From the NCBI GenBank assembly GCA_036489615.1, contig DASXFM010000562.1, forward strand, positions 4,002 to 68,001: a stretch of DNA of 64,000 bases, in the 5' to 3' direction. This document shows, piece after piece, positions 44,660 to 53,300 of the stretch (the first letter of the stretch is position 1; every line of letters begins with the position of its first letter). The stretch comes from Verrucomicrobiia bacterium. Lineage in GTDB: Bacteria; Verrucomicrobiota; Verrucomicrobiia; Limisphaerales; UBA11358. The position numbers and the translations under genes were made by a program. Below the pieces are notes generated by a model. It ran no database searches, was not told where the DNA came from, and was given only the letters and a program-made list of their open reading frames with translations.

Positions 44660-45837
44660 TGCGGAAATATCTCCGGCACCATCGCATTCGGTATTTTCCT
44701 GATCAATTTGGCCGCCCGCTTTTCCCCGTTGAATCCGTTCGTCGAAATATGCTTTTGTTCCCCTCTTTTTGGAAACCCGTTGCGGCGGTATTTTTCTTCA
44801 CTCGGCGCGTCTTGCTCCGGCAGGAAATCCACGGGCGCCCCGCCAAGCCGGAGGGACTTCGACGAAGCTTCCAGTATCCGGACCAATTCCAGCCCGTTTT
44901 TGCCGCCAGTCAATGGAGTCGTTCCGTTCTTAATGCAGTCCAGAAAATGCTGGCATTCGCTGCGGAGCGGTTCCTCCTGTTTTACATAGGGCACATAGAC
45001 GTCGCCATAGTGATAGGCGTATTGAAATTCCGCGAATGTATCGTAGTGGGGCGGAGTTTCGACGCGGGCGTCAAAGACGCGAATTTTTTCCAGCGGCGCC
45101 ACGTCATCATATACGATCATGCGCTTGCTTCCCACGATGGTCATTTCCCGGATTTTGCGCGGATCGAGCCAGCTGTTGTGGATCATGGCCGTGCGTTGTT
45201 TTGGGAATGACAGGCAAATCATCGTGACGTCTTCGACTCCGGGCGTGATGTGGGCGCAGCCGCGGCAGTTCACGGCAATCGGTGGTTCGCCCATGATGTG
45301 TTGAATGATCGATATGTCGTGCGGTGCCAGGTCCCAGGCCACATTAATGTCCTTTTGAAACAACCCCAGGTTGAGCCGCCGGGCGCAAATGTATCGGATG
45401 TCGCCGATGTCTCCCTGGTCCACAATTTCTTTGATCTTTCGGACAACAGGCGAATACAAAAATGTGTGGCCCGTCATCAGGATCACGCCCTTCTTTTCAG
45501 CGATCTCGATTAATTCTTCGCATTCCTGCGATGAACTGGCCATCGGTTTTTCGATGAACGTGTGCTTTCCCGCCAGCAGGCTTGCCTTCGCCATGGGAAA
45601 GTGCCACTTGACCGATGTGGCGATCACTACCGCGTCCAACCCAATGCCATTGAGCATAAAGTCGTAGTTCGTTGCCCGCTGGACGTCAGGATAGAGCGCT
45701 TTGAGATGTTGCAACCGTTCTTCACTGGTGTCGCACATCATTTTGAGTTGGCAGTCCGGCAGTAAATTGAAATTACGGACCAGGTTTGGTCCCCAATAGC
45801 CGCAGCCAACGACACCGACCTTGATAGTTTTTGACAT
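44656..45837 (-). CDS. Gfo/Idh/MocA-family sugar-nucleotide oxidoreductase (WbpB/WlbA-like) with a C-terminal extension
   Basis: VGVVGCGYWGPN Rossmann motif and the EKPMASS motif. Paired with the LbH acetyltransferase as in 2,3-diacetamido-sugar pathways. Confidence 0.85.
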   Translation of the reverse strand: MSKTIKVGVVGCGYWGPNLVRNFNLLPDCQLKMMCDTSEERLQHLKALYPDVQRATNYDFMLNGIGLDAVVIATSVKWHFPMAKASLLAGKHTFIEKPMASSSQECEELIEIAEKKGVILMTGHTFLYSPVVRKIKEIVDQGDIGDIRYICARRLNLGLFQKDINVAWDLAPHDISIIQHIMGEPPIAVNCRGCAHITPGVEDVTMICLSFPKQRTAMIHNSWLDPRKIREMTIVGSKRMIVYDDVAPLEKIRVFDARVETPPHYDTFAEFQYAYHYGDVYVPYVKQEEPLRSECQHFLDCIKNGTTPLTGGKNGLELVRILEASSKSLRLGGAPVDFLPEQDAPSEEKYRRNGFPKRGEQKHISTNGFNGEKRAAKLIRKIPNAMVPEIFPQ

Positions 45838-45852
45838 AGGAATACGAGATAG

Positions 45853-46620
45853 TTAGCCCGCGATGCTGGTTCGCGCAACGCCGGGCCGGGAGTCTGGGTT
45901 CAATGATTTGCGATGCAGGGGGGAAAGAATGCTCTCCCTTTCGATGGGAAAGGCTTTGGTTTCGGTCTTTTTTGCCCGCGTATCCATCACCTGCGCAAGA
46001 AGCGCCGGGACGGTTTTGAAAATGATTCCAAGGTCCAGGGCCAGGCTGCGGCGCCGCGAATACTCGATGTCCAGCCGGACCATTTCCTTGAACGTAGTCC
46101 TGTTTTTGCCGCTGACCTGCCAGAGCCCCGTCAGCCCGGGAACGACGCTGAACCGTTCATACTCTGCCGGCTGATAATACTTAAATTCGTAAGGCAGGCA
46201 TGGACGCGGGCCGACGATGCTCATGTCGCCCAGGAGTACGTTGATCAATTGCGGCAATTCATCCAACCCTGTCGCGCGAAGAAATACGCCGAACGGAATA
46301 ATTCGTTTGTCGCCCCCGGTGTCCAGTTTGGTCATCGGCGTATCGGACTCGATCAAATGCCGCAAATGTCCCTCGTGCGAATTGGAATTCGCGTTTGTAA
46401 ACATGGTGCGAAACTTGAAGCACAGGAATTTTCCACCGCCGCGCCCCACGCGTTCCTGTTTAAAAAGAATCGGCCCGTTCGAAACCAGGCGAATGATCGC
46501 GGACGTGGCGAGCACCAGTGGAATTAAGAGGGGAAGTGCCAAAAGAATCAGTCCGATGTCCAGGGCCCGTTTCCAGCCTGGGGTCCCAAATTCGAGAGTA
46601 GTTTGATTGAAGATTTTCAT
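45853..46620 (-). CDS. small polyprenyl-phosphate sugar-phosphate transferase (bacterial sugar transferase family, initiating enzyme)
   Basis: 255 aa, a single N-terminal TM plus the catalytic domain motifs PILFKQERVG, DELPQLINVLLGDMSIVGPRP and PGLTGLWQV. Confidence 0.9.
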   Translation of the reverse strand: MKIFNQTTLEFGTPGWKRALDIGLILLALPLLIPLVLATSAIIRLVSNGPILFKQERVGRGGGKFLCFKFRTMFTNANSNSHEGHLRHLIESDTPMTKLDTGGDKRIIPFGVFLRATGLDELPQLINVLLGDMSIVGPRPCLPYEFKYYQPAEYERFSVVPGLTGLWQVSGKNRTTFKEMVRLDIEYSRRRSLALDLGIIFKTVPALLAQVMDTRAKKTETKAFPIERESILSPLHRKSLNPDSRPGVARTSIAG

Positions 46621-46718
46621 GGGGATTTAATAAAAGCTCCGCACTTGTTGTTTTTACCAACTTTTCCCTGCCTTTTTTTCCTCCACCGGAGCGACGGATA
46701 ATTCCGACGCTCCTTGTA

Positions 46719-47303
46719 CTAAATGCACGCCGCCGGGCGCGCCAACGCGGGCGCCATATGCGCCAGCGTGTTTTCCAGCAAGATCACCGCGGTCCGATCC
46801 ACCTCGACAGGCGTCGGTTGTCCGAGAATATCCAACAAAATCTGAACCCGGCGTTTCGCGGGCATGTTTCGCAGCACGTGTGCGTGCATGCCGTCGAACG
46901 CGCCGCCTGCCACGGTGACTTCGCTGCCGGGCGTGAGGCGGTTCTCAATGGTCATCGGTTCGTCCGCTTCAAAACATTCCTGAAGCTCTTCAATAATGAA
47001 GTCTTCCACCAGGGGGATTTTTCCTCCAAATTGCACAAGGCTGCTGACGCCGTTTGCATGCTTGATTTCATCAAGCCGTTCGCTGATCACGCAGTGCACA
47101 AAAAGATAACACGGAAACAAGGGCTCAATTGCGCTGATCACACCGCGGCGGGTGGCGCGTTCAAGCCGCAAACGGGGCAGGAACGTCTCCAGGCCGAGAA
47201 TTTTTCGCAGCGTCGCCGCGGCAATGTGTTCGTGCTTCGGTTTCGTTCGCACGCAATGCCATGCCGGGTTTTCTACTTGGACCTCCATTTTCATTCGTCG
47301 CAT
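46719..47303 (-). CDS. NusG-paralog transcription antiterminator (RfaH/UpxY/LoaP-like)
   Basis: NGN domain WHCVRTKPKHEHIAAATLRK...FLPRL, plus a KOW-like segment GSEVTVAGGAFDGMHAHV. It is the first gene of the long minus-strand EPS array. Confidence 0.8.
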   Translation of the reverse strand: MRRMKMEVQVENPAWHCVRTKPKHEHIAAATLRKILGLETFLPRLRLERATRRGVISAIEPLFPCYLFVHCVISERLDEIKHANGVSSLVQFGGKIPLVEDFIIEELQECFEADEPMTIENRLTPGSEVTVAGGAFDGMHAHVLRNMPAKRRVQILLDILGQPTPVEVDRTAVILLENTLAHMAPALARPAACI

Positions 47304-47519
47304 CGATTAACAAGAAATATGCCATCGAATTTTTGCTGGATAATCGTGAGTCATTGGCCCGTGAAAAGGGCGAATTGCAACTTTTGCATGCAACTTGCAC
47401 AAAGAAGGCTCTGGTCGCGGACAAGGAAAAGTTTTGTGAACGCAAATTGGCGGGCCGTCGGAGCAACCGTAATTGCGGCCATGCGTGATCGTGCGCGGAA
47501 ATATTGCGCCGGAACAGTG

Positions 47520-47561
47520 GAAATTCTAAAACTCACGCGGGCCGCCGAAGCGGCCCGCGTG
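47520..47561 (-). terminator. intrinsic terminator after the FN3 protein gene
   Basis: Perfect 12-bp stem CACGCGGGCCGC-CGAA-GCGGCCCGCGTG (47534-47561). On the minus strand it is followed by AGUUUUAGAAUUU. Confidence 0.7.
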
Positions 47562-47583
47562 ATAAACCGGAACTAGACAAAAA

Positions 47584-48123
47584 TTAATTGGAAATAGAGA
47601 CAGTCCGGTAGAAACGGTGGGTAAACTGGCTGGTGTTCGAATCAACAAACCTGAACGGCGCGATGTTTGTTTGCAACGTGACCCAATGGATCAGGTCCGT
47701 CGAAGCCTGCACCACGTATTGGGCGCCGGCGGTGCCGGTCAGGGCAAAGCCAAATTGTCCCGCTGGAAGCCCAACTGCGGCGCTCAGCACCGCCCGGGCC
47801 GCCTGGGTCACGGAACCGACCGTCGCGGTAATTTCCGGTGAAAAGCCGCTTTGGTTCCCGTTCGTGTCAAAGGACGTTGCCGCAATATAATAGGTTTGGC
47901 CGCTTGCCAGTCCGCGAAGGGTCACGTTCGTTGCGCCGAATATGGGCACAGCGGTCATGTAATTGCCGCTGCTGGTGCCGTAGTAGATGTCATAGCCCGC
48001 CACCCCGGCACTGGTGCTGGGAATCCAGGCCAGCGTTAAATTATTTGTCCCGGTTTGTGCCATGGCTTTAGCCCCAAGAAGCAGCGCCCCCGCGACCATA
48101 AGTAGAAGAATTGCTTTGCGCAT
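47584..48123 (-). CDS. secreted fibronectin-type-III domain protein with a C-terminal ...RFYR module
   Basis: The internal ATG gives the signal peptide MRKAILLLMVAGALLLGAKAMAQ. FN3 pattern: LTLAWIPSTSAGVAGYDIYYGTSSGNY...GQTYYIAATSFDTNGNQSGFS. Confidence 0.75.
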   Translation of the reverse strand: MRKAILLLMVAGALLLGAKAMAQTGTNNLTLAWIPSTSAGVAGYDIYYGTSSGNYMTAVPIFGATNVTLRGLASGQTYYIAATSFDTNGNQSGFSPEITATVGSVTQAARAVLSAAVGLPAGQFGFALTGTAGAQYVVQASTDLIHWVTLQTNIAPFRFVDSNTSQFTHRFYRTVSISN

Positions 48124-48515
48124 AGATATAGTTTTTCCGTATTGCTTTTGTTTTAGTCTTTTTCGGAATGCCTGAATTCCGTCGCTCAAAGAAAACGGCA
48201 CTCACCATTTTCGCCTGTTTCGAGCGATATCAACAATTTCAAATGCCGCTGTCCAATTACCTGCGTTTAACAGTCGAATTCGACAACGGCAGCGTTTTAG
48301 AAAACCGCGAAGGAAAACACTGTCGGGAAGATCCAACTTCCACGTGCCTGTCCGCTTCACCAGCTAACTAACTTTACCTGTGAGCCTATCCTATCCCACC
48401 ATCTCCAGCGTGCAAGCTTTTTTTTCGGAAAACTTCAAATATTTTTGCCCAGTTTTTGGACAGGGCGCCGGTTCCGCGGCTTCGCAGTCATTCTCATCGT
48501 CATATCAAAATTTTT

Positions 48516-48543
48516 TTGACGAATTGTGTTTTGAGGTTACAGT
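48516..48543 (+). promoter_or_regulatory. possible sigma-70-type promoter for the Wza-like gene
   Basis: TTGACG (48516-48521), 16-nt spacer, TACAGT (48538-48543). An AAGGAG Shine-Dalgarno lies at 48554-48559, before the ATG at 48562. Pattern match only. Confidence 0.3.
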
Positions 48544-48561
48544 GACCGTGAACAAGGAGTT

Positions 48562-49266
48562 ATGAAAAAAATTATTTGCCAATTTTGCCAATGGCCATTC
48601 TTACGGCATTCAATCATCACAATCGTACTCGTTACCGCCGCCGGCTGCAGCTCGGCGTACTACGACCCCGATACCACGGCTGCGGCCACCGCTGCGCCGC
48701 GGCAGGCAGACGCCGGCCTGGGCAGCTTTGACAACGTGGACACCCGGCAGTCCGACTCGTCCCAGCCGCAGCCAACCATCCTTCGCCAGGGTGACGTCGT
48801 GAAAGTCTCGTTCCCGGGTTCATCAAACCTTAATGAATCGGAACAAATCCGGCTCGACGGAAAAATTTCGCTGCCGCTCGTCGGCGATGTTCAGGCCGCC
48901 GGCCTGACGCCGGACCAACTCCAGCAAAATCTGATCAAACTTTATGCCCCGCAGATTTCCGCAAGCGACGTGACCGTCGCCATCGAGTCGTCCTCTTTTC
49001 CGATCTACGTGACTGGATGTGTTCTGAGCCCCGGCCGGGTCTTATCCAATCAACCCATTACCGCCCTCGAAGCCGTCATGGAAGCTGGCGGGTTTGATTA
49101 TTCGCGCGCCAACCTCCGAAAGGTTCATGTTGTCCGCCGTGAAAACGACACGTCGCAAAGTTACGTTTTGAATTTGAAATCCGTCTTGAAGGGCGAGGAT
49201 AAAAACGACTTTTTCGTGCAGCCCAATGACATAATTTACGTTCCGGAAAAGTTCTCCTGGTTCTAA
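48562..49266 (+). CDS. polysaccharide export outer-membrane/periplasmic protein (Wza/OPX family, short form)
   Basis: Lipoprotein-like signal (VLVTAAGCSS). Poly_export motif LRQGDVVKVSFPG...LDGKISLPLVGDVQAAGLTPDQL. SLBB-like segment. Confidence 0.85.
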   Translation: MKKIICQFCQWPFLRHSIITIVLVTAAGCSSAYYDPDTTAAATAAPRQADAGLGSFDNVDTRQSDSSQPQPTILRQGDVVKVSFPGSSNLNESEQIRLDGKISLPLVGDVQAAGLTPDQLQQNLIKLYAPQISASDVTVAIESSSFPIYVTGCVLSPGRVLSNQPITALEAVMEAGGFDYSRANLRKVHVVRRENDTSQSYVLNLKSVLKGEDKNDFFVQPNDIIYVPEKFSWF

Positions 49267-49347
49267 AAATCGGAGTAAACATCGCCTCGCTGGTTGGGAA
49301 CGATGTGTTTCGCGATATTGATCGCGGATCCACCAGTCCATGAATTC

Positions 49348-49374
49348 AAAAAAAAAGCCCCGCGAAGGCGGGGC
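49348..49374 (-). terminator. intrinsic terminator after the PEP-CTERM gene (convergent with the Wza-like gene)
   Basis: GCCCCGC-GAAG-GCGGGGC (49357-49374), followed on the minus strand by a run of nine U (A-run at 49348-49356 on plus). Confidence 0.8.
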
Positions 49375-49398
49375 TGGGATTGGGTTGGCAACCACCGG

Positions 49399-50304
49399 TT
49401 ATTTACGCCGGCGGAAGATGTATAAAGAGCCCATGCCGAACAGGCTGAGCAGCGCCAGTATGGACGGTTCCGGGACTGGTACGACGAAATTACCCACGTC
49501 GCTGAAAGTCGTAGTTCCCAGATTGCCCGCTGTCGAGCCCAAACCGGGAAGAAGTTGGTTGGACAGATAGTTGACGCCCCCGTTGTTGATGTCAGCCACC
49601 ACGTCAATGTTTCCTGAAATAGTCCCGAGATCGGCCAGCGGTATGAGCAATTCAATTCCGGTCGTGGTGTTTGCCCCGCTGGTTGCGCCGCTCAATGCCG
49701 TTCCCCCCGTGCCCATCGTGCTCACGTGCGTATTGTTAAATGCTTCCTCAAAACCTGGCAAGGAATACGACCCGCCGCCGGGCGTGCCGCTGCCGATGCC
49801 GCCGGAAAGAGCGACTGAGCCAAGGTAACCACCGCCGCTGCCCTGCAAATTGGCCGCGTCCGAATACAGCGTGCCGTTGTAATCATTGATACTAAAGGCC
49901 AGCGTGGCATTCATTGCGGCAAAGGTGGAACCGTTCATATTGCTGATCGGGCTCACGCTGGTGTTCAAAGTGCTTTGTCCAACGGTCGATCCGCTGCCTC
50001 CAATAAAGATTTGAAGGGAATTCTGGCTCGTCCCGCCTTGAACATCACCCGAAAGAAACAGATAAAGGTCTCCGCCGCTCACCGTGCCATAAGCCGCGTC
50101 CAACTCCGAACCGTTATAATCATCTCCGGTTCCCGCGCCTGTGCTCGCGCCAAAGGCCGTATTGACGTTTTGTATCGCCAGCGGATTGCCGTACGAAACG
50201 CCGGTCGTCGTCAAATCGCCCGTGATTTGCGCATGAAGCGGCAGAGCCAGGAGCGCGACGGATGCGGTAATACCCGAAATTGTTCCACAAGTTTTGTTTT
50301 TCAT
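49399..50304 (-). CDS. secreted PEP-CTERM-domain protein (classical VPEP...RRRK signal)
   Basis: 301 aa. Signal peptide and a Gly/Ser/Thr/Asn-rich body. The C-terminus is VPVPEPSILALLSLFGMGSLYIFRRRK. Confidence 0.9.
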   Translation of the reverse strand: MKNKTCGTISGITASVALLALPLHAQITGDLTTTGVSYGNPLAIQNVNTAFGASTGAGTGDDYNGSELDAAYGTVSGGDLYLFLSGDVQGGTSQNSLQIFIGGSGSTVGQSTLNTSVSPISNMNGSTFAAMNATLAFSINDYNGTLYSDAANLQGSGGGYLGSVALSGGIGSGTPGGGSYSLPGFEEAFNNTHVSTMGTGGTALSGATSGANTTTGIELLIPLADLGTISGNIDVVADINNGGVNYLSNQLLPGLGSTAGNLGTTTFSDVGNFVVPVPEPSILALLSLFGMGSLYIFRRRK

Positions 50305-50335
50305 AGAAGGGACGCTTTAACTTATCAAAGTTTAC

Positions 50336-50363
50336 TTTAAAAACCTACCGCATGTTTGTGCGG
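50336..50363 (-). terminator. terminator-like hairpin after the GH13 gene
   Basis: CCGCA-TGTTTG-TGCGG (50348-50363), followed on the minus strand by UAGGUUUUUAAAG. Confidence 0.5.
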
Positions 50364-50380
50364 TTTGGCAATGGTCTTTG

Positions 50381-53300
50381 TCACTGCGATGAAATGACCT
50401 GAATTTCATAGAATTTCTGAGGTACAGGCGGGTCGTTGGCCGTGTCGTCGAAGAAGGTCGATGTGCCCTGGCTGGGAATAATTCCGCTTAAGGGCTCAAA
50501 AGGTTGCGCCAGATTTGTCGTCGCCAGGACCTCGTAATTGAGCCCGGACGTGCTCGCCCAAACGATCAACTGGTCGGCTGGGCTCACACTGGTAATCTGC
50601 AGGGGTTGTCCGATGATGACCGTCTTGGTGTCGCTCACGACCGTCGCCGTCGTGTTGCTGAAGACTACCTGGATTGTGTTACTGCCTTGTGTCGGACCGT
50701 TCCAATTATAGCTCAGCAGCCGCATTCCCGTGCTGCAGCCCGACCCGCCGATCGTGTAAAAATTGCCGTTCAGGGCGCGCGGCTGGAAAACCCCGTTAAT
50801 AAAAATACTGAAATAATTCGGAGCCTGGCTGCCATTAATCCCGTTCAGCAGGTTTGTCGTGAAACAAGCCTGGATGGTAAACGCGGAGCCGCCTGGCAGT
50901 GTGATAATCTGGCCATTCTGTGACGGATTCGAAATGTCCACATATTTTGTCGCGGCGGCGGCGCTGGCGGAGGTTGTCAGCGTTGTGTAGCGGTTTGTGT
51001 AAATGGTCGAAGTCAATTCCTTCAGGCGTACGGTGATCGTGACTGGGCCATTCGTCGGCACGTAGGGAAAATTCATGTCGAACTCCGCAGGATAGTTCGT
51101 GTAGATGGCGCTTAACGCCGGGTTGGGCTTGACCTGGGGAGCAGCCGCAAAAACGGGATTGCCGCTCGCATCGTTTCCAATTCCGTTTGCCTGCCCGGTA
51201 TAACGGTCGTAGCTGTTGGTCTCGGAATCCTGAATATTGACGTCGGCTTCAGTCACGGAACTGTCTCCACGAATGACAATCGTATAAGTCTGGTTGGACA
51301 GGGTGATGCCTGGCGTCGGCGAAACAATTGCGCCTGTGGGCAATGAACCGTCGTAGTAAAAGGTTTGAATGAAAGTGTTGTAAACGCTCGACTGTCCCGC
51401 GCGCGGCAAAAATGCGCGGGCGCGGATGATGTGAAATCCGGTTTGAAGGCCTCTGTACGTATTGGCCGTATTCAGGTCGTCGTGCGTCCAGACGACGGCG
51501 GCGGTCGGGTTAAAGTTAGTTATGGCGGCTTGCGTCAGGCCAAAAAGCTTCGAGCCGCTCGGTTCAGCGTATGAAATCGGAGAAATGCTCGGCCAGTTCG
51601 TCGCATTGCCCGCGGCAAAACCGTAGCTGCCGCCGTTGAACAGACTCACTTTATATCGAATCTGCGTTCCTGACGGCACTCCGGGAATCGTTCCTTTCCA
51701 CCAGTCAACATTGGTAATCGCGCTGTCGTGTGCCACCCAAAATACCGGAATGACCCGCGTCGTGCCGGTTCCAACGCCGAAGGCGCCCTCGGGATTGGAA
51801 CCGTCGGTGGTGTAATAGATATAGCACGTATTGACTTGAAACTCGTAGCCGGACTGCACCCAAATATCCACCGGCTGGCCGCCGGACGGGCTGAGCGGAT
51901 TGCGCTGGAACGGCGCATTGGTGTTCAATGCAGTCACTGCGTTTGTGGGATCATGCCATACCCACGCAGCCGTGGCATTCGTGATGCCCGCGCCGTAGCC
52001 TGAACCCGGAATGTCATTGCTGCCTCCGCCCACGGTGTAATAATAGGTTTCCGCTCCCAGGGAAACCACCGTGTCGTTTGCGGCATCTCGCGCCGCGAAT
52101 TTTTCAGGCCCGTTCCGAAACTGAAGAGCCGTCTGTTCGTAGCCCAGAAAGACATCGTCCGAATAGCCGGGCGGATTATCACGCAGATCGAGAAAATTGG
52201 TCGGAGCCATTCCAACCTGAAAATTCGTCGGCCCCAGGTCCATTTGGCTGTTGAGGTCGATGCCGCCGTCCAATTTGACGAGCGTGTTGGACGTGGAGGC
52301 GTCGCTGTTTACCAAAATATTAAACGGCGCATTCGTCACCACTGGGACCTCGATGCCGTAAGTGAGATTGGAAACGTTCCCTTCACCGGGCGCATAAACA
52401 ATATTTCCGTACGGATCCACGCCCCCGCGCATCTTGAACGGAAAGAGCGGACTATAATTGGTCTGTCCATTCGGGCCGTCATGCCGATAAACCAGGAGTG
52501 AAGGCACCTGTGCGCCGCCCTGCGTGAAAATAATTGCGTTGGTCATCGGGTTGTTCTGGCTCGGCTGCGGCCATTGAATCCCGTACATGACCCATGCGCC
52601 GCTGGGGATCACCAGTTCAATGGCGCCGCCGCCCGTGGCCGGAGTCTGGCCGCCTATATAAATAAGACGGTTCGCCGGGATGGCCGCATTCGTCGAACTC
52701 TGGGCCGCGCTTAGACTCGTCGTTGCGCCGTGGACCAATAATTGATGGTAGGCCCGATAGCCGCCCGTTACGTCGCCCGAACTGGACAATTGCGTCAATA
52801 CCGTGCCGGGTGGAAATCCCACCACGATTCCCAAATGGCGCGAATTTGAAAGCGATGTATCGGCGCTGGCGGAGCCATTGGCCGTGTTCGTGCCCACCAG
52901 ATAATAACCGTCGCTGGTCCGGTTCGTTACTCCGTCGTCAAAGGTGATGTCCCCGGGATAGCCAAAATCATCATTCATCCCAAACAACACCACGGCTTGT
53001 GTCCAGGGCGCCGTGTTCGTGCCTTCGCGATAGTCGTAACGTTCATACAGGACCACGTTTTGATCGCTCCAGCGCGACCAGGTTCCACCGCGTGAAAGCT
53101 GGTTGTGCAGATACATCGTGTCCGGCCCTGAGTTGTCGCCATTTTCGCCGAGAAAATTATAATAGGAGGCAATCGGCGTGTTGCCGCTGGTGTTGTGGTT
53201 GTATCCGTCAGAATAAACCATCGGCAGCCCTTCGTGCATGAAGAAATAGGCATTCTCCAGCGATTCATCGGATGGACAACAGCTGCCCGGGTCCTGCGTT

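Noticed and set aside
46758-47576. 272-aa plus-strand ORF, with similar long antisense ORFs at 13502-14284, 23373-24023, 25383-25991, 26964-27554, 53195-53875 and 45913-46527.
   Set aside because: Each lies entirely antisense to a minus-strand gene that has clear family motifs. Their translations are Arg/Ala/Gly-rich and low-complexity, with no recognisable domains. This is typical of shadow ORFs in GC-rich coding sequence.
50348-50363. Possible sigma-54 promoter for the second PEP-CTERM gene (minus strand CCGCAC-AAACA-TGCG).
   Set aside because: The -24 GG is CG and the GC of the -12 element is one nucleotide out of register. The sequence is better explained as the stem of the terminator hairpin after the GH13 gene.
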